A DNA stretch of 64,000 nucleotides. Source: the human T2T-CHM13v2.0 reference genome, Homo sapiens. A program made the position numbers and the translations under genes. The stretch is from NCBI RefSeq assembly GCF_009914755.1, contig NC_060928.1. The stretch is one strand, 5' to 3'. Numbering within the stretch: position 1 is the first letter of the stretch; every line of letters starts with the position of its first letter. This document shows positions 42,832 to 57,025 of this stretch, piece by piece. Below the pieces are notes generated by a model, which did not search any database, was not told the origin of the DNA, and worked only from the letters and a program-made list of their open reading frames with translations.

Positions 42832-44559
42832 GATGTTTTTATACTTGATGTAGGAAACATGATCGTTTCATTCAGTATAAAATGTGTCATGTTGCTTTTT
42901 ATTTACATTTCTCCCTAATTCAATCTGTTTACCCATTTGAATATTTTTCATATTTTGAGAATGAAGTAAATCAAGGAATTACATATTATTAGAAGTATTA
43001 TGACATTTTATCATTGAGAAAGCCCCTGTCCCCTTCAGATTCTGAATTTCTGATGTTAGTTTATGCAATGGACTACCTTGAATTTTTCTCTATCCTAAAG
43101 AACAATTTGCTTAAGGCTGTTTTTGTTTAGATTGAATATTACATAGCCCTAAAAAGGCCTATTTTAATATTATTCTATTATGTTCAGCAGATTATTCTTC
43201 TTCCATGTTTCCATTTCCATTATTCTTCTCAAACCTTAATTCATGAAAGGGTTTGAGAGCTGTTCGCTGTACACGTGTTTTTATCCAAATATATTTCTCA
43301 TGACATAAGTCCTGAGGAAACCAGAAAATGTTATATATGAGCCAATTATGTTGGTATAAGTGACATTAAGCAAAGTGAAATAAATCAATTTACTATAGGA
43401 CTTCGAAGTTTCTCTTATATAATGATACACTAAAGAGTGTGTCATGGCATCGTTTGTTTTAAGTCTTGGTAGAATAAAACTCATCCAAACATACTGCTTA
43501 ACTCGAATGGTAACTATAAACAAAAGGTAAACAAAATACTTGAAAATCTCAGCCAGAATATGGGAAGGGAAGTAAATATCAATTTCCTCTTTGAGGAGAA
43601 ATCCTAGTATATGGAGCTGTGTCTGACCGGCTCGTCCTGCTATTACGAGGTGAGGCCCTCCCACAGTCTCTTGGGCATATACTATTATTCTCTTTCAACC
43701 TCAAATTTTATACAACGCTCAGTTGAGAAAATCAAGAAACATGCGAAGTGCAATAAATAATTCCTAAAAGGGTCCAGAATATACATATAAAAGTGTTATG
43801 ATCTTATAATAAAACTTTTAATAAAAACATGTGTTCATCTATCTTTTCAGCATATATTTATTGAATTCCCACTATGCATAACATGACTATTATGTGCTGG
43901 TGATGTTGCAATAAACAAGTAGAGCTTAGGGGAAAGAATTTCAATAACTATTTACACAATTTTTCACATAACGATGATGCATATAAGGGAAAAAAAGTCA
44001 TATAATTTGCCTAGTGAATTTTTAAGTATTTCTACATAACATATTTTATTCATACTATAAATACAGTGTGATTGACATAATAATATATACATATTTACAA
44101 CATTAAGAATATTGAATACTTTATTGCAGTATTTCATATTTCTTAGTATATCTGTGGCCAAACTACTCTTAGTTATGAAAGTACACATAGTTTTTCATAT
44201 GAAGATTAATCAAGATTTTATTTTTAGTCATTCAATCTTTGAGATATTTCCACATTTTGCAAAACTTTATATTCTGTTTTTCAGTTGGTTAATTCATGAT
44301 TTGTATACATATAAACAGAAAATGAAACATAGTAGTACTGCTTTTGTATTTTCTATATTTTCAAACTTTTCAAAGCAATGTGGCATGTGTACTATAGAAT
44401 CAGGGTAGAAAAAGTTTTCTTTTAAAAATTCCAAAATCGAAATTAATTTCAGTGAATTTTCATCTTTCTCTAAGATAAAATGGAAATATCTGTGTTGATT
44501 GTTGTAGAGTCTTAGATTAATATTTTCTCATTCTAAAACTGAAAGATTATTTAGCATAG

Positions 44560-44942
44560 TGTTATAAACTGAAGGGTGTCTCCCTGCAACTCCCAACATT
44601 CATATGTTAAAGCCCTAATCCCCAGTGTGATTGTATTGGGAAATAGGGCTTTTAAAGAGGTGACTAAGCTAAATGAGGTCATAAAGGTGGGGCAATAATC
44701 CAATAGGACTGTTGTCCTTATAAAAAAAGGAAGAGACACCAGAAATACCCTCTTCCCTCCACCTGCACTAGCAGAGGAAAGGCTATTTGCAAGCCAGCAA
44801 GAGAGGATTTACCAGAAACCACATTTTCCAGTCTCTTGATCTTAGACTTCCAGCTTCCAGAGCTGTGAGAAAATAGATTTTTTGCTGTGTAAGCCACCCA
44901 GTCTGTGGTATTCTGTTATGGCAACCCTGGCCAAATAATAGA
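44560..44942 (+). mobile_element. MLT1B MaLR LTR
   Basis: tgttataaactgaa...cattcatatgttaaagccctaa...aagccacccagtctgtggtatt. Confidence 0.88.
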
Positions 44943-46679
44943 GTAAGTCACATATTTAATCAGTTATTTTAAATATTTGATTCATTATGCAAAATGGCAG
45001 TACTTTCTGGATGGATAAATATTCAGTATTAAGTCTTTTAGATTTTTGTCAAAATATGCCCAAATTGCATACATAGGTATGTGTTCTTCCCATTTCACAA
45101 GTAATAGCCCTCCTAAAAATGACTTCCTGATGTGCCAGAAGTTAAAAAGTACTGTATTTCCTTTTTAAATTTTAATAGTTATAGTACATGAGAAATATTA
45201 ATATATGGGAGATTTTTTCCTTTACTACAGTTAAAATAATGTGATTTTTAAATATACTTATGCAGGAACAACTAATAACTAATAATTAAAAGAAATCACA
45301 TGCAACTCTTGAAACAGTTTCTTAATTGTAACTCATTAAACTAAATTGCAGCATATTATCTCCATTATAATACCCAAAATAGAATTTGTAATGGTCTTTC
45401 TGTCATTCTTCCATGCATTTTATATCTGATGTTAAAAAAACTTTTAGAATGTGGTAGTCTTTATGTTATAAATTATACAATATAAATTGTTTTTAAACCT
45501 CAGAAATGACTGGAAGAAAAATAGTTAAATTTTCAGTCACTACTGATAGCTCACCCAGGTTATAAAAGCCAAACTAGATGAATATAGTTTCATTTGCACA
45601 GGCTATTTTAAATAAACTTTCTTGTTTATAACAATTCATGATTTGCATTTTAATATGCTATATTAAAAAAAGTGATTCTATTAAAAAATTACAAAATAAA
45701 AAGCCATACGAAAATGAGTACATATCTCTTATCATAAGTAAACTTTTAGGTATTTAAATGGAATTCATGAATATAGTATAATTCTATTTTTTGAGTTGAT
45801 GATACTGCTCCAAGTCTGGTAAGCATATATTGATCTTACTATTTATCCTAAATACCAATTATGCAATTGTACAATGACTATGTTAATTATAGATGAACAG
45901 TTACATGTAGAAGCTGTTATCTCTTACTCAGTTTATTTGTGTTATGACCATGGAAAGCCAATGTTGACTACTGAGAAAGTAATCAAGCAATAGAAAAATG
46001 AGGCTCCATCAACAAAGATGCAAATTTTGAATAATTTTTTAAATGTCTCACATAGTTTAATAAGTAAAGAACGAAGGCATCTGATGTATGTAAACGCAGG
46101 CTTTGTCCACACTGTCTCTCTGCTACTAAGTACTCTCAGAGTAAGGATCAAAACTTTGAGTTCATTTGTGGTTGAGTGTTTTTTAAAGATGTTTTATTGT
46201 AAATCTTAGTGTAAGATAACTGAAATCATCTTTAATGTGCATATTAATATTTTTGAAAAATCCATCTGCAAGTTATGTCATGATGTAACCATTTCATAAT
46301 GTGTTTTTCCCTTTCAATTTTGTCTTACAGTTCCCCATGGAAATGAGATTGATTTGATTTGAGCTTTTTTACTTACAGCCCTTTCTACCTCCACATATAT
46401 CTAAGCAATGCTAATGTTTATGACGGAGGATTGATTATAGAAACATATTTCTTTGTCTTCAACCTGTCCTTTATCAACTTTGTGTTCTGGTTTTTTGGTG
46501 TATATATTTGTGTCTGTGTGTGCTCCTAAAAGCCACTTTGATAACTTTCTCTTTATAAACAAACCTATGAAAATAAACTAAAAAATTCCTTTCTATCCCT
46601 ATATGCCACTTAAAAAAAAAAAAAACTTTCCTCTGTTTACCTACAGCTAGTAAGTTACTTTTTCCTACTCCTTTCCTCA

Positions 46680-47760
46680 GGTCCCTTTTCCTTTTCTTTC
46701 AATTACACTGCCTTCCATCCCATCACACACGAGTCTAGCATAGATAAACTAATCAGTGGAAAATCCTGTCTTTCATCTTGTCAGATTTCTCTACGGCATT
46801 TGATAATGGTCAATTTTTTTCTCTTTGTTGAAACACAAAACTTGTTACAGTTACATGATTCCACTCCCTTACCATTCTCTCCTAGTTTACTTTGTAGCTC
46901 TTAGTGTCCTTTTATTTTTTATTACTTCTGTTTTGCTTTGAGTAATATTATTCTTTAGAAATCTAGCCTTAGCTTCTCCAACCCTTAGTCTTAGCTCCTA
47001 TTATTTTCTGTCTACTCCTGTTACCCTTGACCTAACCATTGTCATCACTCAACACTCAACTGGATTGCTCAAATATTCGACTACTCATTCATCTTCCAGA
47101 TTCCACATCAATTCTTTCTTCAATTCCTATACACAGTAGCAGGGACAACTTTCTTAAAACTATAAATCAGATTTGGACAAAATCTTCTTGAAAGAGTCAT
47201 AAAGATTCTCACTGTACACAGTTCTACTTGTTTCACTCCCATTTAGATGCTTTATCTGAGATCCACTCCCCAATGGAGTCCTGAATGCTAATCTCTTGTT
47301 TCCTGGGAACCCGAACTAAAACAACTGTTCCGAATCTGCATATCACAAAACAATTATACCTGTCTTACTATACAGTTCTTTATTTTCTTGAATTAGCAAG
47401 AATATTTTAATTTGCCCTTGATTGTCCTGGAAGGTGCTTCTCTTCATGTTTGTCATTTTGGTCTCAGCTTGAATGCTACCTCCACAGAGAGAGCAGCCTG
47501 AAGTAAATTCTTCCTATCATTGTGTTTCTTCCATATTCCACCATATTGAAAACTTCCCTCTTTTTCTTAATGCATATCTTTATGTCTGAATTTACTTTGT
47601 TTGCTTCTTTATGTATTGTTCATTTCCCCTCCAGATAGAATATAAGCTACCAGAGGGAAGGTAGCTAATCTATCTCATTTATCTATCCATCTTATTTATC
47701 AATGAATTTAGCACATATAGTAGGCACTCAATAACTATTTATTAAGGAATAAATGAATAG
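46680..47760 (+). mobile_element. L2 fragments
   Basis: ctctacggcatttgata...; 3' end gcacatatagtaggcactcaataactatttattaaggaataaatgaat. Confidence 0.7.
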
Positions 47761-48299
47761 GTATTTCATTTATTCATTCACTCTAAATTGACAAATTCAC
47801 ATTCTCAAGCATCTGAAAGCTCCAAATAACTGTAAAATTGATGATGTACAAATCTTAGCTAGTGTTTTAATTTTCTGAGTTACTGAGTTTTCCATCTCAA
47901 GTGACTTCATTATTTGACATGCCACACTAAATTTAGGGTTATTTTAGCTCAAAGTAGTGTATTACTCATTTTTATTCTTTATTTCTGTCTCATCATCTTA
48001 TTATTAATTGGTCACTAAATGTAAAGTTGGTCACTTCATTATCATTAGATTCTACTCACTTTATTTATATGAATTGACAAAGTATTAAATCAGGCTTCAT
48101 CATCTCTTTCCTGAACTACTGTGATAGATATATAACAAATTTTACTCCTCGCTAAATTTTTCCTAATTATGCTAATTATTTTCACCTTACACTATCTAGG
48201 CAGTTTATTATTAACAATACTATAAAATCTATTTAAATAACTGAGTGTCTCATGCATAGTGTATACTGTTTAGGTATCTGTATATATTTTCTCTTGTTT

Positions 48300-48706
48300 C
48301 CTTCATTCCCATACTGAGATACTATTCCATACTTCCAATAAGTAGCAGGGTTTTATCCCCGCATATGTACCTACTGTTTATTTTGCTTGAAATGTCTTTC
48401 CTCTTCTTCATCTGGAAAATTGTTCAGATCTCACTAAAATATTACTTATTTTGGAAACACTTCCTGATTTCTCTACATATAGACTTTTTTCTGTGATATA
48501 GTAGAATTTTGTACATGCTTGTATTTCAGTAAACTTCAATTTCTTTGTACTTATTACTTGCTAAATCTACCTTCTTCAGAAACTTATAGTTGTTAAGGGA
48601 AGGAGTATGTCTTATTACTCTTTGTCTTACTAGTTCCCAGTACAGTGTTTGGCACTTATATTGCACTCATAAAGCACTAAAGGAATAAATGAACGCATGA
48701 TGAATG
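48300..48706 (+). mobile_element. L2 (b/c-like) 3' end
   Basis: ttcccagtacagtgtttggcacttata...gaataaatgaa. Confidence 0.65.
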
Positions 48707-48778
48707 GGAAGTGTGGCAGGGTCAAAGGAAAGAAAGTGATATAAGAACTTAATACCATACATTTTATTTCTAAGAGCT

Positions 48779-49138
48779 TGTAAAAATAATGCTGGGGAAA
48801 TACAGAAAATGTTTCACAATCAAATAAAAAATAATGTAGTTACTTGGGCTGGAGAGTGGGTCAAAAGATTAGTAGTGTCTGATTTAAAACCAACAAGTAA
48901 GTACCAAGTTATATATAAATAGAATTTAAACTTTTATTTTAAAACAGCATTACAATCAACATTCCCAGAAAATTTCCACAATGAAGAAGCTGGATATTTC
49001 AAATTAATAAAAATAAAATTATCTAATGGAATGATAATTTTTAAGAATATACACTGTGATACTAAATATCATTTGTATATAACTGTTTATTTCTGAGAAG
49101 CCATATGATAGTCACTTTATGATCTTTGTTTCACATAG
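48779..49138 (+). repeat. Left arm of 360-bp near-perfect inverted repeat
   Basis: Reverse complement of 50026-50385 with 3 substitutions and no indels (compared by eye). Confidence 0.98.
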
Positions 49139-49644
49139 TACCAGAATAGTTGATAATATCTCAAAAGATATTTTCAATGTTGATTAACTGATATCTCAAA
49201 AGATATTTTAATATCAATATTGATTACATTCAAATTTTGACCTTATGGATAAGTGAGGAAGGAACTGTTACCATGATATCTCTTTAATACTGCAATGCTT
49301 CTACATCACTATATTTTATCTCACAGTTATTGAGGTGAAAACATATTTTAAATACTTTAAATAATTGAGAAAACAAAACATACATAAAATAATATTGTTT
49401 AATATTTATATACTTTATTGGTAAAAAAGAATGAAATAAGAATTAATTCACTGTTTAAATATTTTTAAGATCAGAAATAAAATTAAAATTAAGCTATGTA
49501 TGTGTATGTGTTTTTAAAAGGATGAATTAATGTCTAAACAATGTTCAAAATCATAAAATGGAATTCTTAGTTTAAGTGGTATCAGATGTGTATGTAGAGT
49601 GTGAGAGTTAGCTATTAATGGTATTAAATATACCATTAATAAGC

Positions 49645-49840
49645 TTTTTAACCATTTCAGTTGTGTGACTTTAAGAAAGTTACATCACTTCTTTCAGCTT
49701 CAGTTTCCCCTTGGGAAAAATAGGGAGAGTAGTAGTGGGTATGTCAGATGGCTATAAAAATAAAAGAGGTTATAATACATGCATGATGCTTAGCCTGGTG
49801 TCTAATTCATGATTATAATAGTTGTTAAAATTATTATTAT
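49645..49840 (+). mobile_element. MIR SINE inside the inverted-repeat spacer
   Basis: agttgtgtgactttaagaaagttacatcacttctttcagcttcagtttcccc. Confidence 0.75.
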
Positions 49841-50025
49841 TACTGGATAGTGTATAGAAGAAATGCACCTTTAAACAAACAGTCCTACTTGATTGAAATT
49901 TGGTTGTTTATATTAAGTAGTAAAACATGGGTATTTTAACCAAGTAAATCCACCTGTAGCAATTATTTTAATTATAGTCACTATGAATAAATACAATTCT
50001 TGAACTCACCAGTTTACATATAAAT

Positions 50026-50385
50026 CTATGTGAAACAAAGATCATAAAGTGACTATCATATGGCTTCTCAGAAATAAACAGTTATATACGAATGATATTT
50101 AGTATCACAGTGTATATTCTTAAAAATTATCATTCCATTAGATAATTTTATTTTTATTAATTTGAAATATCCAGCTTCTTCATTGTGGAAATTTTCTGGG
50201 AATGTTGATTGTAATGCTGTTTTAAAATAAAAGTTTAAATTCTATTTATATATAACTTGGTACTTACTTGTTGGTTTTAAATCAGACACTACTAATCTTT
50301 TGACCCACTCTCCAGCCCAAGTAACTACATTATTTTTTATTTGATCGTAAAACATTTTCTGTATTTCCCCAGCATTATTTTTACA
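50026..50385 (-). repeat. Right arm of 360-bp near-perfect inverted repeat
   Basis: ctatgtgaaacaaag...cagcattatttttaca is the reverse complement of 48779-49138. Confidence 0.98.
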
Positions 50386-52152
50386 TTATTTTACTTATTC
50401 ATGTCTAAATAAAATAGTAATTGTAGATAAACAGCTTCAACAATCTTAGATGTCCTGAAATTTTACTTTTTTGCCATCACACTAAATAGTGCTAGAGTAG
50501 AATATATAAACCATCTTTTCAGGCCAAAATTTAATGATGGAGTATGTACTATCCATTGTAAATAAAACAAATTTTTGATGAATGAAAAACAAATGACTTC
50601 TCAGAAAGCTCTGCTGTGCAACATCTGAAATAAAAAGATTAATCATTCGTCATTTTAAGTTATAATGATGCAGATGTACCCTTTTACTGTGCCTCAAAGG
50701 AAATGCTGCTGACATAAAATGCAGATGATCTAGAATTATATTCTCTATTTTTTTGAAATATAATTGCTACAAAGATCTAGGTTGCAAGAAGAACAATTTG
50801 TAGAGGACAATGTCTTTGGAAAGTAACAGTAACATAGAGAAGACATAGCATGGCATATCTGTAAAAATGGACTGAAAACATGAAGAAGTTAAAAAATTAG
50901 AAGGGGAAAAATTAGAAAATCAGAAACATGAATAAACGTGTTAAAACTGTATACTATTAAATTATATTTCTGATATCTAAAAATGAATTAAAACATTCAA
51001 GAAGTTATTTTTATTTCATTGCATATAAGCTATATTTCATTGTTTTTAAGACATATTTGTAAAATTAGCATTTGTTTCTACCCTAAATTCCCAAAAGACT
51101 TAAACTTGCTGTGTTAGAGCCCATGGGAGAAGGGAGGCTAACCTGAAGGAGAGGAGAATGATGGAATATTCTGTTGTTTCTAACAGAGTTCGATGCCACC
51201 TACCTGAATTGAAAATATGATCAACCATATCTAGGGATTGTTGACTTCTCTACCCATCCTCCATCCAGGATAGATAATTGAAAACAAAATAAGTAATTCA
51301 ACTACAAAAAGCAAATTAAGATATCAGTTTCTAGCTTTCACCTAATAATTGAGATGATTGGGTTCATAGAAATGTCCCTACTAAATAGATGTAATTGTTT
51401 TAATTTTAAGCTGAATGATTTTTCATAAATCACAAATGTAAGAGGAAAAAAATTCAATGCAATAAAATATAATAGGCTATAAATTTCCATATACATTTAT
51501 GAATTTTAGATGAAGAGTGATTCTTTTTTATTATCAGTCATTGAATCTTGTTTAAATCTATTATTTGAGGCCAAGTTATAAAATTCAAAGAACTTCTCAT
51601 TGCAAATTCTTTCTCTTGATTGTTGGTATTGATTTAAATCTTTCAGAGAGAGGCCACTTATTATATTCAGCATTCCATCCATTATTGCCTCTGCCAGCTT
51701 TTAAAACTTATCATCAATATATTGCAGGATATAGTGAATTGCAAATAGCTAAAGTGTAATAAAGCATGCATTTTCCGATGTAAACATATTTAAATAGTAT
51801 GCATGTAAAGCATCTCTTTTAAAGTTAGGTTCCTGTTACAAAACGTAGCAATTACTATATGGAAAGCCAATAAAAGAAAAAGAGTATCAGTACAAATAGT
51901 ACATAATAGTTATCTACAGCAGATAATTCCCACCCCAATTTTTTTATATACTGCAGGAGATTTTTACTCTTTACCTACAGTATACATTACAGAAAGGTTT
52001 GTACCTGACTAGAAATCATATATTTTGATGCCTGGTCCGGTAATCTGAAACTAGAAATATTTTCTATATAAAATACATTTTTACCTGCAAGTGATGGTGA
52101 TGATGATGATGACAAAGATAATGATTATTGCAAGCCACAGAAGATGAGACTA

Positions 52153-52486
<334 letters not shown>

Positions 52487-53756
52487 TTACAACATACTAC
52501 ACAATAACAACAACATTCATTGAGCATAATAGATGACTAAACTAAGCTGAAAACTAATATGGAAATTGAAGCACAACTAAATTTGGCTAAGAGAAGTATA
52601 AATATACATCTTTATATTTATTAGAATATAATTTTACTGTTCCAGTAATTGAGAGGTACACAAATGTCATAGATTTGAATGTTTTAAAATTTTTATGTGA
52701 TGATTATGAAATGTAGTAAATTACCAATTTTTATTCAGGTATATGAAGACTTGGTAGCTAGCCACTGATAGAAAAGACATTGATTACACTTATAATACAC
52801 TGCCTAGTTGAAAAATGAATATTTAGTCATTTTGTTTATAAAGTGCCAAACATTACATTTAACTTTCATTGATTTGTCTAAATAATCTAATTCTTTCATC
52901 TATGTACAGATGAAAATCGGTTTTTTAAAAGTTCATTTATACAAATACAATTTCATCCCAAAAGAAAGGGATACTTCATAAAACAGCTTCAATAGAAGTA
53001 ATTTGTATCCTCAGGTCATGATTGTGGCTGCCTGGGTTGTGCTAGATTGAATGACTTGACTTTCACTTTTTAACTATTCCTATAATTTGATTATCATTAA
53101 ATGAACCAGAAAATAAATTTGCTTCTACAATAAAACCCACAGGCTTTTATGACAGTCTTTTAACAAGATTTATTCTTTAATAGAAAGATATGCAATAAGG
53201 AAAAAATATCTAGCAAAAGGCAAAATAAAAATTCTCATTACATAGCTTTAGGGCTTAGACTTAAAACTGGAAAAAAATGCATTTAGGTCTAATACTTAAA
53301 ACGTTTAAAATGTTTTATAGAAATATAATGGTTTACTCCTGACAAAATTCTGGAAAAGACTTCAGAAAAACTTATGAATCCTCATGGTGACAACATAATC
53401 AGTGGTATCAGCCGTACCTCCCCTTGAGTTAAATGTCTTCAGTTCACTAGAGGGACATGGGAGAGTGAGTGATAATTTCTCTCTGGCAATAGTCAGCACA
53501 ACCACTACACCTGTCGCAACTCCTGTAATGCAAGCATTGCTAGATTCTCTCTTTGCTCAACACCGGTTTCTTGTCTTAAGTTACACTTGCTTTTACCTTC
53601 TGCTGCTCTTGCCTACTCTTCTGTGTTCCTTTTGTAATTTTTTGCTTCTACTTCTCTAAGTCATTGTCTCTTGAACAACCACATAATAAATTTGCAGCAT
53701 ACATACTGGGCATTTGTGGGAAATGAAGAAAAGCTTCCCCTCTGTTGTGACCACTC

Positions 53757-54146
53757 TGCAGAAACAAAATGAACCTCTACCCAAAATTTGGTTTGCATAT
53801 TGAGACTTATGACACCATATATGCCCCACTAGAATGAGAACATATTCATTAAAACTCACACAGTGAGACTTCCGGGAAGAGTATGGTATCTCTTAGGCAC
53901 AACTAAAAACAGATTGAGAGAGCCCGGGAACGAGAATGATGTGGGGGTTTTATGATGGCTAGGGTGTGGGGTTGAAGTGAAGGTTCTTTGTTAGCAGGGC
54001 CTTGTGTGGCTTGATCTTTCCAGGTGCCAAGGGAGGACCACTTGTGATGTATCCGCTTGCCCAGATGTGAGGCCAGAGGGCAAACGGGACAGGCAGGGTT
54101 GAAAGCTATCACCAGCACATAAAAAATGGAGACTCTTTCTTATACC
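53757..54146 (-). mobile_element. ERVL solo LTR (LTR47-like)
   Basis: acccaaaatttggtt...gcttgcccagatgtg...ttgaaagctatca...aaaaatggag; subfamily from memory. Confidence 0.6.
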
Positions 54147-55039
54147 CTGTGAATAAGTAACCGAAAATAAATGCCCCTCCAAGTAGACCAATCATAAGCA
54201 GATGTGCCTTTCTCCAGGACCATGCAGCCTCCCAGGATGTGGCTTGACTAGTAGCACTGGTTACATTTCATTCTCTAATCCCCACACCTTGGTCAGTGAC
54301 TTTGGGGAGGACACAGCACAACCACAAAACTTATGCATACATAGAATGCTGAAAAAAACATGGCTTTCAAGGAGTGGAAAGATGAAGTCCTCATGGACTG
54401 ATTAATGAGATTTGGGAGAATTCTATGAGAATCAGTAGCAATATATTGAACAAATTATATTGTTACCCAGGCAATAAATGAATCTCCATTTTATTGCATA
54501 TTAATGACAAGGAATTCAGAGGTGGTTGTAAGGAGAGTGCTGGGATATAGGTTCAAAAACAGCTGCACAAATGTCGTGAGTATTAATGAAATTGTTCTAG
54601 ATGTGGGCATTTTTTTTCACCAACCTGTGGAATGTCTCAGGTTGACCCCATTATAATAAGTAGAATTTTATAAGAAGTTGTCCTGAATGGGCCAAAGATT
54701 CCATCTCTTTTAGATGCCAGTTACAGAGACGCATACTTATATGAAGCATTAAAGGAAAGAAATGTGTGACTACCATAAGCAGAAACCAGGTAAATCACTA
54801 GAACTTTAGCTAGGTTGCTTTGCAGATGAGGTGTCAGAAACAGCAATGTTTATAAAGAATGAAGCAATATTTGAAAGATCTAATAGGTCAGCCCCCTTAC
54901 AGTTCATCACATACTGTTAAAACCCTCCAAAACTGATAGCTAGAAATCTGAGTTGTTTGCAGTGTGTGCTAACTATTAAAAAGAATTTTGCCTCTTCCCT
55001 GGGAAAGAATTTATAGATGAGTACTCAAAAGCTATTGCA

Positions 55040-55332
55040 GGCCAGGCATGGTAGCTCATGCCTGTAATCTTAACACATTGGGAGGCCAAGATTGGAGGAT
55101 CAGTTGAACCAAGGAATTTGAGCCTGGGAAATATAGTGAGACCACATGACTACAAAATATTTTAAAGAAAAATTAGCCAGTTGTAGTGACGTGTGCCTGT
55201 AGTCTCAGCTACCTGGGAGGCTGAGGTGGGAGGATTTCCTGAGCCTGGGAGGTTGCACTCCATCCAGGGCAACAGAGTGAGACCCTGTCTCAAAACAACA
55301 ATAACAAAAATAAAATAAATAAATAAATAAAA
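55040..55332 (+). mobile_element. AluJ with internal deletions
   Basis: J-type features (ggaggatcagttgaaccaagg, ggtgggaggat); TSD aaaagctattgca/aaaagcagttgta. Confidence 0.88.
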
Positions 55333-55805
55333 GCAGTTGTAAAAAAACAACAATTGACAAGTGAGACTTAAACTAAAAAGCTTCTGCACAGCAAAATAAA
55401 TTATCAAGAGAGTAAATAAACGATGTACAGATGGCAGAAAGTTTTTGCAAACTATGCATCTAACAAAGGTTTAATATCCATAATCTATAGAGTCTTAAAC
55501 AATTCAACAAGCAAAAAACAAATAACATCATTTAAAGTGGGTAAAAGATATAAATAGACACTTCCAAAAAGAAGACATATAAGTGGCTAACAAACATATG
55601 GAAAAATGCTCAGCATCACTCATCATCAGAGAAATGTAAATCAAAATCACAATGACATACCATTTCACACTAGTGAGAATGGCTATTATTGCAAAGTCCA
55701 AAAACAACAGAGAATGGTGAGGCTGCAGATAAAAGGAAATGCTTACACTCTATTGGTGGAAGTATAAATTGGTTCAGCCACTTTAAGTTATTCAAGAAAT
55801 CTCCA

Positions 55806-57025
<1,220 letters not shown>

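Noticed and set aside
48779-50385. The 360-bp inverted repeats as the TIRs of a DNA transposon
   Set aside because: No TSD and no transposase; the spacer holds an ancient MIR; and 99% identity is incompatible with primate DNA transposons that have long been inactive.
53443-53457. CTCF-like tcactagagggaca
   Set aside because: Mismatches at key core positions; motif-only evidence is too weak.
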